DNA from: Octopus vulgaris
Taxonomy: Eukaryota
Length of the DNA stretch: 64,000 nucleotides
Assembly: GCA_951406725.2 (NCBI GenBank)
Contig: OX597817.1
Span: forward strand, 102,300,001 to 102,364,000
Direction of reading: 5' to 3'
A model generated the notes under the pieces. That model searched no databases, was not told the origin of the DNA, and saw only the letters and a program-made list of their open reading frames with translations. The number at the start of each line of letters is the position of its first letter. Positions within the stretch are counted from its first letter, which is position 1. Positions 13,323-25,462 of the stretch are shown here, piece after piece. Both the position numbers and the translations under genes were made by a program.

Positions 13323-13952
13323 GATACATTATCAACTTGGTGGTGTACGAAGTGTTTTCGCGCGATTAGATATATAAAATAAAAACAGGGGACGTAGCTG
13401 GTGAAAATGAAAGGAGATTAGAATTTTGCATGAGAGAGAAAGGGATATGGCAAAAAAGAGGTGCATGTACAGAAACTAGCGTCGGGTAAGCGGTAGTTGA
13501 CTTTTATTTTTTAAACAGTACGTAGCCATAAAGAATGAGATGAAGCACAGACCCCCAATATGTAATTGATATTATGCTATCGAACCCAAAAATAAAGTCC
13601 ATCAAGGCAAAAGTTGAATTTAGATTCAGGAAGATATAACTAAACACCACAAGACATTTAATCCGGTGCTCTACTAATTCTGCCCAGTCGAATAATCTCA
13701 AATTTTTTTCTAGGAAAGAGCAGAGTGATGGAAGCGTATAAAGGAAAGCTGTAAAATTTTTTGAAATGGGTCGCCTTGCTTGCGAAAGCTTAAAAGAGCG
13801 CTGGCTTCGGTGGAGCTATCATCAGAATCTCAACGAAAATATAAAGTGTTGGAAGTGTGTAACGTGTGGCCGTGTACACATTTCTAAGGCTGGATTTGTC
13901 AATACTCAAAAGTCCCATGAAAGATCAGCAGGTTATGTATAGTGATTAACTG

Positions 13953-14179
13953 CGAGCTGGCAGATTCGTTAGCACGCCGGGCGAAATGCTTAGCAGCATT
14001 TCGTCTGCCGCTACGTTCTGAGTTCAAATTCCGCCGAGGTCGACTTTGCCTTTCATCCTTTCGGGGTCGATTAAATAAGTACCAGTTACGCGCTGGGGTC
14101 GATATAATCGACTTAATCCGTTTGTCTATCCTTGTTTGTCCTCTCTGTGTTGAGCCCCTCGTGGGTAGTAAAGAAATAG
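13953..14179 (+). mobile_element. SINE family A inserted in the left arm of the PLE foldback
   Basis: Near-consensus copy; splits atgtatagtgattaactg|ctattaatattg, whose mirror image is contiguous in the right arm. Confidence 0.92.
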
Positions 14180-14447
14180 CTATTAATATTGTTTAAAAAA
14201 AACGTTATAGGATATAACGTCAGAGGTAGCCTATAGAAAGAGGAGAGATAAAGTAAAGAAAAACTAAATAAATGAGAATTATATGACTATATGTATATTA
14301 AATAAAACCTTATAGACTAGGGAAAATGTATATCTAGTGAATGTGAAAAATAAAAATAAAATTTATGTTTAAATTAATTTTTTTCCCTCTAGAAATATTA
14401 ATAACAAGGTTATTGTATATGAAATCAATTCCAACAGCATTAAGTTT

Positions 14448-14837
14448 ATGTCAAGTAACTCTAAAATTAAAAATTCTATATACCAGTGTAAAATTACTAC
14501 TCATAATCAAGTATATTTTTATATGGGAAGCACGTCTTCACAGTTATCTAGAAGAATTTCTAATCATTACTCGACATTTAGGGATAGGAATAACGGTAAC
14601 AGTACAAGGCTTAGTAAATTAATTTGGGATCTAAAAGACCACAATAAACAGTTTAATTTAGATTGGTTGATTCTCTCAATCTCGACACCTTATGACAAAG
14701 GCAAGGAATTCTGTCTTCTCTGTAATTCTGAACAATTTTTCATTCTTTTTTCTAAAAATCTGTTTGTAAACACGGTTATAGAGCGTGCATACCGATGTAA
14801 ACATTGGCAAAAACACACCTTTAGTTCATATAAGTGA
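14448..14837 (+). CDS. PLE-type GIY-YIG endonuclease domain (uninterrupted frame, no RT)
   Basis: NSIYQCKIT...FYMGST, RRISNHYSTF, TRLSKLIWDLK, CLLCNSE, FVNTVIE, YRCKH: GIY/YIG-like strands plus R, E, N at expected positions; expression not shown. Confidence 0.75.
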   Translation: MSSNSKIKNSIYQCKITTHNQVYFYMGSTSSQLSRRISNHYSTFRDRNNGNSTRLSKLIWDLKDHNKQFNLDWLILSISTPYDKGKEFCLLCNSEQFFILFSKNLFVNTVIERAYRCKHWQKHTFSSYK

Positions 14838-15120
14838 TCTCTATCATTATATATAATTTAAACATTAATTTTCTTTTTATATTTCACATTCACTAAATAT
14901 ATATTTCCCTAGTCTATAAGGCTTTATTTAATATACATATAGTCATATACTTCTCATTTATTTAGTTTTTTCTTCACTTTATCTCTGCTCTTTCTATAGG
15001 CTACCTCTGACGTTATATCCGATAACATTTTTTTGAAACAATATTAATAGTGTTCAGTTAATCACTATACATATCCATCATTTTCTATTAAAATGTCTTA
15101 TTGACGAGTTTCATTTCTTC

Positions 15121-15210
15121 ACTTCCCTGAAGAGAAGATTACATTGTTTTACACCATTTTATTTCCTTTGGAATAATATCAGTGATATCTTCGAAACATA
15201 TGTCGGAAGT
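15121..15210 (+). ncRNA. Type-I hammerhead ribozyme (HHR-1)
   Basis: ACTTCC-CTGAAGA-GAAGAT(long loop)ATCTTC-GAAA-CATATG-TC-GGAAGT: stem I 6 bp, canonical CUGANGA/GAAA core, GUC triplet (cleavage after 15204), palindromic stem III ACATATGT. Confidence 0.85.
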
Positions 15211-15404
15211 AAGAGAATTTGAATTACACCTGCGATAAACTCCATTTATTTATTTATATATTATACAAAAAATTTCTCGTAAACCCGAAGTTTCTACCTT
15301 TAAAAACGAGTTACAACCTTTTTACTTCTATGACTTTTTCCTACCCTGGTAACTATGTATCTATTTTTTCCGTGTTAATTGTTAACAAGGGCAAAATACA
15401 CACA

Positions 15405-15471
<67 letters not shown>

Positions 15472-15571
15472 GTGTGTATTTTCCCCTTGTTATATATTGG
15501 ATCGTCCGCAATCATAAATTCGAAGAAAGAAGTATACTCTAAGTTACAGAGCAGTATATATTAAAGTTTAG

Positions 15572-15873
15572 TGGAGGCGCGCGGCCTAGTGATTAGAGCA
15601 GCGGACTCGCGGTCGAGAGATCGCGGGTTCGAATCTCAGATCGGGCGATATGTGTATTTATGAGCGAAACACCTAAGCTCCACGCGGCTCCGGCAGAAGG
15701 AAAAGTGCGAATTTCTGCTGACTCCTTCGCCACAACTTTCTCTCATCCTTTCCTCCTGCATCTTGCAGCTCATCTGCCACAGACCGGCGTCCCGTCCAGG
15801 TGGAGAACCTATACGCCAAGGAAACCGGAAAACCGGCCCTGTGAGCCAGGTGTAACTCGAGAAGGAACAAACA
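15572..15873 (+). mobile_element. tRNA-derived SINE (distinct body) with ~9-bp TSD
   Basis: Head ggcgcgcggcctagtgattagagc...gggttcgaatctc; TAAAGTT(T)AG on both sides. Confidence 0.85.
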
Positions 15874-15898
15874 TAAAGTTAGATCAGGTCAGTTTATA

Positions 15899-15957
15899 GG
15901 ATTACCTTAAGTTTCACATCCATAAAGGGCTTAGTTTTATGACGTATCATCAGATCC
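15899..15957 (-). ncRNA. Type-I hammerhead ribozyme (HHR-2)
   Basis: Minus strand GGAT-CTGATGA-T-ACGTCATAAA(actaagccc)TTTATGGATGT-GAAA-CTTAAG-GTA-ATCC; canonical core, GUA triplet, ~140 nt downstream of the PLE stop codon. Confidence 0.8.
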
Positions 15958-17325
15958 CCAAACCTGTTGACTAAAGGCCTCTCTAGCGAGTAACCTCTCC
16001 AGAATATGGAGGGGGAAAGGACCCCACTACTCAATGTCATCAAAGGCTATCGAACGCTGATGTCAACAAAGAGGATTGTCTAACCTTGGCTATCAATCGT
16101 CGGTGACCCTGTTATCTCGTAGGTTCCAATAGGCTAGCAAGAATTTCCTGAAATGTAAGCACGGTCCGAAGACCTCCGTTCTGGAGTTCATGATGTTTCT
16201 TGGGTCGAGGAAGTCCTTTAGGATTCTCGTCCGTTCCACTATGCATAATGGTCCCGTTAATGTAGGGGCCTGGATTTTCTAGGATTCTCCATGATATTGT
16301 GTATGGAATCCCGTCGTAAATCAGCTACCATACATGGCTGGCTAATGACGTGACGAATCTACTTTCCGGTATCCTGAAGGAGGGTCTGTGATTGGAAAGG
16401 CGTTGTTTAAACGAGTTCCCGGAACAGCTGATGTATCTCCGTGGTTGGGTGTTGATGTTGGTGTGTTGTCTGTTGGTGTTGACGTCGCTGCCACCGTTGT
16501 TGCTGGAACTGGCGTTGTTGGTGCTGACGTTGTTGGTGTTGGAATCATTGGAGGTGGCGATGGTGTTGGTGCCACCACTGCCAGTGACGGTAAAGGTACA
16601 GTTATTGTTATCAAAGACATCGCCATTGATGGAGACGCTGTCGTTGCTGTTGTAGATGTCATTGGCAGTGTCTCTGCTGCTATTTCCGTTAGGGATACTG
16701 CCATTGCTGTTATCGGTGGCGAAGATGCTGTTGGTTCTGTTCGCGTTTCTGCTGCTGCTACTATTGTTACTGACATCCCTGCTACTATGTCCGCCGTTAG
16801 GGGAGCTACTGATGTTGCTGCTGCTGCTAAGGTCGGCCAGTACCTCGGCTTCATAGACGACTCCCTTGGTTTCGCAGTGGCTCCTCGCTGAGTATCTGTT
16901 GCGGTCCCTGTATAAACATCCTGCTCCACTCGTGGACTAGGGGTGCTAACTAGAATGCCCTTAATATTAGGGGCACAGCTAAAAGAGACCCAAAGGTTGT
17001 GTCTGTTGAAAATGCGCCTGTATCTATGTGAACTAATGAAATGTTTATCTATTAACTTCAGGAATATCCTACCTACAGACGTTTTTACGTTAAGAGAGGC
17101 GGGGATGCAAACTAAATGATATTTCTGTGGCACTTCCTTCTACGGATGTTGGGGCCCGGCATGTAGGAGATGCGGTCCCTAAATCCGCTTGCAGTTAAGG
17201 CCTCGTTATAGTAAGGGGCTGCTGCATCAAAAATCTCTTGGCTGGAGGAAAGGCTGTGTTGATGTACGTCAGCCTCTCATTTGGCTTGCAGTAGGGATTA
17301 ACGTGACGTCCGCCATTGTTGATAC

Positions 17326-18180
<855 letters not shown>

Positions 18181-18195
18181 CACACACACACACAC

Positions 18196-18294
<99 letters not shown>

Positions 18295-18392
18295 CGGGGT
18301 AAACACATAAATGTGAAACGAGGTGGAAAAAAGAGTACTCAAATACCAGAGGTAGGGTAATATGCTTTATTTAAAAGCAGTAGAAATTTGAC

Positions 18393-18439
18393 AAAAGCTG
18401 TTACTCGGAGTTTCACGTTCCCGTTCGTCAGACAGTTTT
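18393..18439 (-). ncRNA. Type-I hammerhead ribozyme (HHR-4a, left arm)
   Basis: Minus strand AAAA-CTGT-CTGACGA-ACG(GGAA)CGT-GAAA-CTCCGAG-TA-ACAG-CTTTT; canonical core, GNRA-capped stem II, GUA triplet. Confidence 0.85.
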
Positions 18440-18881
18440 GTTAAAATAGAACCGGGATGACAATTCTATCACGACTAGTATAAATGATACACCTTTAAAA
18501 ATGGATTTGTTTGATTGGTCCTTTCAAATAACGGTCATATGCGAGCGATAAACAAAACAAATAAATGAGTTCAAAATAAAATTATAAAAATCGAGAAAAA
18601 ACCTTAAATAAAAGATTTATATTTTCTACATGTATTAATTGTATTAATAGAATTATATTTTCTTCATAATTAATGACAATATGTATTTCAATCAAATCTT
18701 CGATTTAAGGTTTTTCCTCGATTTTTGTAATTTTATATTGAACTCATTTATTTGTTTTGTTTATTTTTGTTTATCGCTCGCATATGACCGTTATTTAAAG
18801 GACCAATCAAACAAATCCATTTTTAAAGGTGTGTCGCTTATGCTAGTCTTGATCGAATTGTCATCTCGGTTCTATTTTAAC

Positions 18882-18928
18882 AAAAGTGTCCAACGAACGG
18901 GAACGTGAAACTCCGAGTAACAGCTTTT
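18882..18928 (+). ncRNA. Hammerhead motif with mutated core (HHR-4b, right arm)
   Basis: AAAAGTGT-CCAACGA-ACG(GGAA)CGT-GAAA-CTCCGAG-TA-ACAGCTTTT; G5 lost, probably inactive. Confidence 0.7.
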
Positions 18929-19123
18929 GTCAAATTTCTATTGCTTTTAAATAAAGCATATTACTCTACCTCTGGTATTTGAGTACTCTTTTTTCCACAT
19001 CGTTTCACATTTATGTGTTTACCCCGGTACATATATATATATATATATATATATACATACATATATATACATATATATACACAGACATGCAGGAAGTAAA
19101 TAGACACCTTTAATTTTCAAAAT

Positions 19124-19169
<46 letters not shown>

Positions 19170-20224
19170 TATGTATGTATATGTATATATATGCACTCAG
19201 TTCATTAGATTGCAACAATTCTTTACTAAATACTTAGTGACAATCCTCTCAAAATTGAAACACGCAATAACAAGACCACACTGTTTGCCTACGAACTACG
19301 AATGTTGGCACAAGGCCTAAAAAGAACATGACCGGAGAAGGAAGAAAAAGAAAGAAAATATGAGAGAAAGGAGAGAAAGAGAAAGAAGAAATAAGCTGAA
19401 TGTAACACGCCCCTCCTCAGTATTTGTTTATATAGCTTCAGCTAGATCAACTGACCTCTGGTCACTCCGTGCAGATACAAGTCAAAACAAAGAAATAAAA
19501 GTATTCGTACAGAGTCTAACAGTGATGTGTTTTTTGTTTTTGTCTTTGTTATTTTTTCACCGTAGAAAACAAAAATTAAAATTAAAAACAAAATAAAATA
19601 AAAGTGGGGAAAGGAAGAGACGAAGGTAGAGAGTAGAAAGTAAATACGAAAGAATGGGTAAGAAAGGAAATGAGAAAAGGAGGAAAAAAGATATGAAAGA
19701 AAGAAGGTATGTAGTAAACGAAAGATAAATCTGAAAATGTACTAGAAAAATATATAGAATACGGTAAGCATTGTTCCCATTCGACAAAGGCTAGTCTTTC
19801 ATTCATCTGTTGTTTCTAAACTGCGAGCCATCCCCTGACGTTCTCTCATTCTGTTTCCTCTCTCCCTCTCGACCCTCTCGTTCTCTTTCTCTCTCCTTCC
19901 TCCTCCCTCTCTCTATCTCCACCTTCTTTTTCCCTCGTTCACCCTCTTCCACACTTTCGATTTCCTCTCTTTTTCTTTTCTTGGTATGTGTGGGTGAGTT
20001 AGGTGTGTTACGCGGATACAGTATACTGTATACACACTATAAAAGACTAGATTTGTGCTTGCTTTTTTCGATTTAGTTCGTTGCACGAAGATTTTAGATA
20101 TACGCACGCATAAATAAGTACGCGCGCGCGTACGTGTATGCATGCATGTCTGTCTGTCTGTATGTATGTATGTATGGTGTGTTTGTGTATGTGTGTGTGT
20201 GTCTCTGTGTGTGAAGATAAATAT

Positions 20225-20410
20225 TTCTGTTTCAGGCACTAGGCCAGAAATTTTGAGGAGAGGAACATAGTTGATTGGCACCTATTTTATCGACCGCGGT
20301 GAGGTGAACGGCAAATTAATCTTGGTGGGAGTTGAACTCAGAAAGTAAAGAACGAGCAGAAATACTGCAAGGCATTTGCTTCAACGTTCTGGCAATTTTG
20401 CCGGCTCGCG
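20225..20410 (-). mobile_element. SINE family A (degenerate)
   Basis: ggcactaggccagaaatttt...ttttatcgacc...ttgaactcagaa...tgccggctcgc. Confidence 0.75.
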
Positions 20411-21169
20411 GATATTTTTTGAGCAAAATATAGCGGAGGGTCCAATAAATGTGAAAATAATTCTATATAACTGAAAAGACTTTAAAAATATAAATATTGG
20501 CTTTACGTATTAAAGTACATTCATAGATATACACATACATTCATACATACACATATATATTCATATATTTACCTTCAGACGGGAAATGGTGTTTCTAACA
20601 TGCAAAGTTAAAAAAAAGAATCTTGTAATGAGATGGTGAAAATGATCCCTGTATTACAGGGAGATAGGATGAGAGAATGAGAGAGAGAGAGAGAGTGAAG
20701 GAGAGAAAAGGGGAGAGAAGAAGAGAGAGTGAAGAGAAAGTTTAACGTCTAATGGTCAGTTATTGTCATGTAGATGTAGTAACTGCTTAGCGATACACCA
20801 CATGTTAAAGCAGGCAGGATGTTAATGTCACTTGGTCACTGTTGTGTGGTGTTTGATGCAGATCTATACATATGATGAGTCTACTGGGTCACTGAATTGC
20901 ATACGACGGCCCGGTTTAGTATGAAATATAAATATTATTGGAATTAATGGGGATCAGTTGGTAGAAATACACCAGGGTGCATATCTTCTATATCAGTATG
21001 AAATATCTACCTTTCTATTAGTGGATACAGTAAGCTGTTGGATTATATACTATCTTTCATGGAGAAAGAGTTGGCAGTTGTGAGCTCCGGGTAACTAAAG
21101 TAGGGTACTATGGAGAATATTTCATTTGATGTTAGGTAAGGCTACTGTGGTCTCAAAGTTTCTAGATGA

Positions 21170-21520
21170 AGCGGGACAAAAGGGTGGAGTTTTCCCAATT
21201 AGATAAAAGAAAGGTAATCTGGTATAATGTTCTGTTTAGCCTAGATGTTTCTACCAATATAGCCACGAACTTCCTGCCCTTAGGAAACATTTACCTAGAA
21301 TGCATAGATACCATAAACTTTTCAATTCTCATAATATTAAGGTCAGCTAGCCGTGTTTAGATAACATTGCTTTTATTATCGTATGCTATAATACACACGA
21401 ACATGCATCCACAGACTCCAGTCTACACTCCCACCTACAACTGTCGAAATCCTACCAACTGTCCCCTGGAAGATTCCTGCTACTCAAAAGCCATGGTTTT
21501 ACACCACCGGATGGTGCTAC
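21170..21520 (+). pseudogene. Penelope-like element fragment (linker and start of GIY-YIG)
   Basis: RKVIWYNVLFSLDVSTNIATNFL..KHLPRMHRYHKLFNSHNIKVS..CLDNI...YNCRNPTNCPLEDSCYSKAMV (frameshifted), same motif series as 16970-17130. Confidence 0.8.
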
Positions 21521-21591
21521 AAAATACTATAGTGTTTCAGTGAGTGCGAGAATTCCTTAGAAATAAACAGCAATGTGATTACGAACAACAA

Positions 21592-21633
<42 letters not shown>

Positions 21634-22374
21634 GCCAACAAACGACTCAGAGGAGTGATACTCACAGCATATGCATTCCTTCAGATGTGGGAACAAGATA
21701 AGGTTATTAGGCAATTGATTACAATGGAGATGAGATAGAAATGAAAAAAATATGTAGTTCAGTCTTATTGGCTGGAATGGAGAAAGACTGGGAAAGGATG
21801 TGTGATTATGAGTAGTGGCTGGGGCGAAACAGAAAAAAAAGAAAGGCCTACTTACAATGATACTAAATAAAGTATATAAGTCTTTCGATAAGAATAAAAG
21901 AGTTGTCAATATGAAGAAAATAAAACAAGGCGCAAAAACGAACATTTTTGTAATCATATACGTATGTAGTACATTGTGAGTCTCATTGTAACATATTGGT
22001 ATTACGTTCATAACTTTGCATTACCTTCTAAGTATTATATAATGTAGCAAAGGAATTTGATAGAAACCCCATCTTCTCAAGCTAGTTATATCATTGAAAC
22101 AACAAGGGAAACTGCATGTGGTTGCTTCATCAAACCTATCTCGATCCATAGCCGATCGTCTTTTAAAGAAACTGATACATTAGATAATACACTATGCATG
22201 ATCATAGCTTGAATATGTTTGATAGCTTAGAAATAAACAGCAATGTGATTACGAGCAACAACAACATCATCATTAATGGCAATCCTCCTCCTCCTCTTCA
22301 TCATCATCATCATCATCATCATCAACAACGACAACAACAACTCTTACATAACGTATAAAACATATGTAGAGCCT

Positions 22375-22555
22375 TAGACAAAATTTTCTGTAGCATTTAG
22401 TTGTAGCCTTTTACGTTCTGAGTTCACGCACTACTAAAGTTGACTAAATATGTCATCCTTTCGAGGCAGTCAAGAAAATTCCGGTCAAGTATTGGGGTCA
22501 TTTTATTAGACTGCACCTAAGTCCCAAATTCATGGCTTTGTAACAATGTTAGAAA
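22375..22555 (+). mobile_element. SINE family A (degenerate)
   Basis: ttacgttctgagttcac...tcatcctttcgagg...tattggggtca. Confidence 0.6.
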
Positions 22556-23179
22556 TAAATTCTCTTCTAATGGAATTCTCGCACTCACTGAAACACTCAT
22601 TTAAACAATTGAAAGAATAAAGTCATAGAAAAATGAAGCGTGTCTTAACCTCTATACGAAGATATAATACAGGAATCTGAGTCAACATGGTAAATTTAGA
22701 TACGAGACGAACTACAATGACAACAACATTGTATGCTCTACTGTTTCTTACAGCGATGTTGTGATAAATGCACTGAATAGATTGCATTTCAAAGTAAAAT
22801 CTTATTTTTACCTTGTTCATTCAGCTTATTATACATGAGAAGAATTTCTTTTGAAATGTATTTAAAAACTGACTTAGTATTTTCTCTCGTATCATGGAAT
22901 GCTTTTCAAATTGGAGTATATTCTCACCCATACGTCAGTCAAGAAACAAAGGGTGTTTGAGAGTGGGAGAACTCTTCCTTCCGTCTGTCTGTCTGTCTGT
23001 CTGACCCACCCGTCTCTTTCTCTTGTTTCATTGCCATACGTATGCATGCAATTAGATGTCTGTGCAGTGAAGTTTAGATTCTTAGTGCTGTGTGTTCTAT
23101 TATAGCAATAATGGGCTCGAATCTGAAAAGCATTCAAAGATATAGGGAAATGAATACCTCTCCGATACTCCCAACTACA

Positions 23180-23385
23180 GGCCTGTCACCCTTGCATGCA
23201 ATATATCAAAAGTGATGAAGTATGTTTTTCGAGCAACCCGGTCTACCAGAGATCTGTTTTCCATGTCAGTAGTTTGCCGCTCTTGAAAGCTTCGAAGAAG
23301 GCAAAGTAGGTGCGAGGACGTCCAGTAAATATTGCTCGTTTATTGGGTTCCACTTTTCTGTAAAACTATTTTATCACAGCATTTA
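23180..23385 (-). pseudogene. Possible decayed mariner transposase N-terminus
   Basis: NAVIK*F, FKSGK and SGRP-like segments across frames. Confidence 0.35.
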
Positions 23386-24536
23386 CAGCAGATCACTAAC
23401 TCTCTAATCAACTCTGTATTATCAACTCTGCTATGTATCGTGACCCACTAATATTTTCCAACTCGTCCTTATACAAACCATCTCCTCTTGGTCATTTCCA
23501 TTCACATATACTCTTCTGCACGTTACATAACTCTCCGATTACTTTTCCTTTATAAGCGTCAACCACACAAAATATGCATACCTTATGCTAAACATCCATC
23601 CCTTTCATGACCTGAGGCATTGAAAAATTCTCCAATGGGGGTAGACCCTTTCCAGTACCATTCAGCACCACATATACGCAATGATTATACCTATCGAGAA
23701 AATGTTTCTAATGTTTCTATAAGGCTATATTGTTTTTACTCTTAAAAACTCGCTACGAAAACCTTCCCACACGCATTATAGAAAATGGCCATCTCATTGA
23801 CGAACAAACCACCAATCTCTAACACATTACAGCTATTAACACTGATGTATTGTATTCTCTTACTACCTCTTCTACTGCTACTAATTTGTTTTACTTTTCT
23901 GAAGTAGCAATCTGTGTACTACTAGAAGCACATACTTTTACTGCTACCGTTATTGTTTCTTTGTCTCATACCAAACCACTTCACCAAACTTTGTTTTCTA
24001 GATTGGTCTCCCTGTCTACATTTTTCCTACATGCGAAATTTACATAAACAGAGTAAATTAAAGCGAAGAAGCATTAAGATATAAATATTTTAATAGCATA
24101 AGACGCTATAATAATATCACAGCTTGGTAAAATGTAATCTAAATTTCATGATAACAGATGCAATAAAACAAACTATTTTGGCAAATATGTTGAGAAACAA
24201 ACTCGAGCACACTTTTAAGCATGCATATAAATGATAGACGTTGACACTCTGCCCAGTGGATATCCTACAAACTAACAATTGCTCGTTGCCAGATATTCTC
24301 AAGTATTGCCTCTCTGGGTGACTGCACTAGAACAAACGCATTTGTGTTTTTTATTTTCAGATTTTTCGCATTAAGATCTGTTGGAGTGATCGTCAGCTGA
24401 GTAAATTTTCCTTTTAAATCATCAGTGTCTCTCTTTCTCCTCCTTCCTCTCCCTTTTCCCTCTGACTCACTCTCCCTTCTTTCTCTCTCACATACACAAA
24501 CACACACATATTTGTATATGTATGTATATATGTACT

Positions 24537-24540
24537 AATG

Positions 24541-24610
<70 letters not shown>

Positions 24611-24616
24611 AATGCA

Positions 24617-24668
<52 letters not shown>
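24537..24668. repeat. (TA)n-(TG)n-(TA)n microsatellite
   Basis: Direct inspection. Confidence 0.95.
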
Positions 24669-24672
<4 letters not shown>

Positions 24673-25065
24673 TAATCCAAACAAGAAAACACAGAAAAAA
24701 AGAGAAAAAAAAGAGAAAAAAGGGGAAAAAACACAGCAACGCAGGACGTGGAACAATTAAAGTATTATTGACGCTCAGGAAAGAAGGGAAGGAGGGTTTA
24801 ATGTTTCGAGCGGAGCTCTTCGTCGGAAACAAGGAGAAGGAAAGATCCCAAGGAGGGAAGACAGAGGAGAAAATATTTGAGCTGGTGGTGCTCAAGAGAT
24901 CACATGTCGAAAGAACAGAAGTTGAAGGTAGTCGAAACAAGGTTTTATAAGGCAAGAGAGTTCCAAAAAGGAATGCGTGTGTATATTTATACACAAATAT
25001 AAGAGAGAATCCACTATGTGGACGCTCTTGCGCTAAAAATAGATCCGCAATGGTCTCAAACACCA
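24669..25065 (-). mobile_element. PLE-terminal-repeat-like element ending at (TA)n, copy 2
   Basis: Same terminus (agttaatccaaacaagaaaac) and body as 17977-18180; the far boundary is uncertain. Confidence 0.65.
24796..24830 (-). ncRNA. Hammerhead-like motif with CCGACGA core (HHR-3b, decayed)
   Basis: Minus strand GTTT-CCGACGA-A-GAGC(TCC)GCTC-GAAAC-ATT-AAAC. Confidence 0.55.
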
Positions 25066-25169
25066 AGAATTGTTCTCAAAAAAAATTAGCACAACTATGA
25101 ACGTAAGCGAGCAGGACAAATGTAGATTTACCCTAGACAATTGTTTCACTGTTAATAGATTATGCAATT

Positions 25170-25462
25170 TGAGATACTACAACCAAGATCTCGTCCCTTC
25201 CGACTATCATATCTTTGGACCACTCAAAGATGATTTACGAGGTCGTCGATTTCCTATAGATGAAAGTGTGAAGATAACAGTGCATAAATGGTTGCACGAC
25301 CAACCGAAAACCTTCTTTTTGGAGAGAATACGCAAGCTTGTGGACCGCTAGACCAAGTGCATTGAAAAGGAAAGAGACTGTATAGAAACATGACGTACTT
25401 GTTTATCCCTGCTTTTGTGTAAATACATTGAAGTGCGTATGATTTTTTTACTCTCCCTCGTA
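25170..25462 (+). mobile_element. mariner transposon 3' end with TIR
   Basis: YNQDLVPSDYHIFGPLKDDLRGRRF...RIRKLVDR*TKCIE (YSPDLAPSD motif); ends ...ctctccctcg-TA. Confidence 0.9.

Larger units (their letters stand above)
13931..15405 (+). mobile_element. Penelope-like element 3' fragment with inverted partial terminal repeat (foldback) and hammerhead
   Basis: Arms 13931-13952 plus 14180-14375 versus 14855-15076 are inverted copies; loop holds a GIY-YIG ORF; hammerhead at 15121-15210; ends at (CT)n(TA)n. Confidence 0.85.
15470..17325 (-). mobile_element. Second Penelope-like element 3' fragment (RT C-terminus, GIY-YIG, terminal repeat with hammerhead); pseudogenic
   Basis: SLNVKTSVGRIFLKLIDKHF...RIFNRHNLWVSFSCAPNI, then other frames HCETKGVVYEAEV...RYISCSGNSFKQRLSNH...SLASHVW*...PLCIVE...IMNSRTEVFGPCLHFRKFLL; SINE inserted at 15572-15873. 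Confidence 0.85.
18291..19030. mobile_element. 740-bp palindromic non-coding element in (TA)n (two inverted PLE-like terminal repeats)
   Basis: Arms ~18291-18618 and ~18694-19030 are inverted copies with scattered mismatches; termini GTACCGGGGT...ACCCCGGTAC; (TA)n on both sides. Confidence 0.92.

Noticed and set aside
15573-15650. tRNA gene (also SINE heads at 8598, 29340-29411, 32177)
   Set aside because: A/B boxes continue into SINE bodies, some with TSDs; no complete acceptor stem or terminator
16342-17133. 263-aa mucin-like Thr/Pro-rich ORF and antisense Val/Gly-rich ORF as host genes
   Set aside because: Alternative frames of the PLE low-complexity insert; the GIY-YIG motifs lie in a third frame
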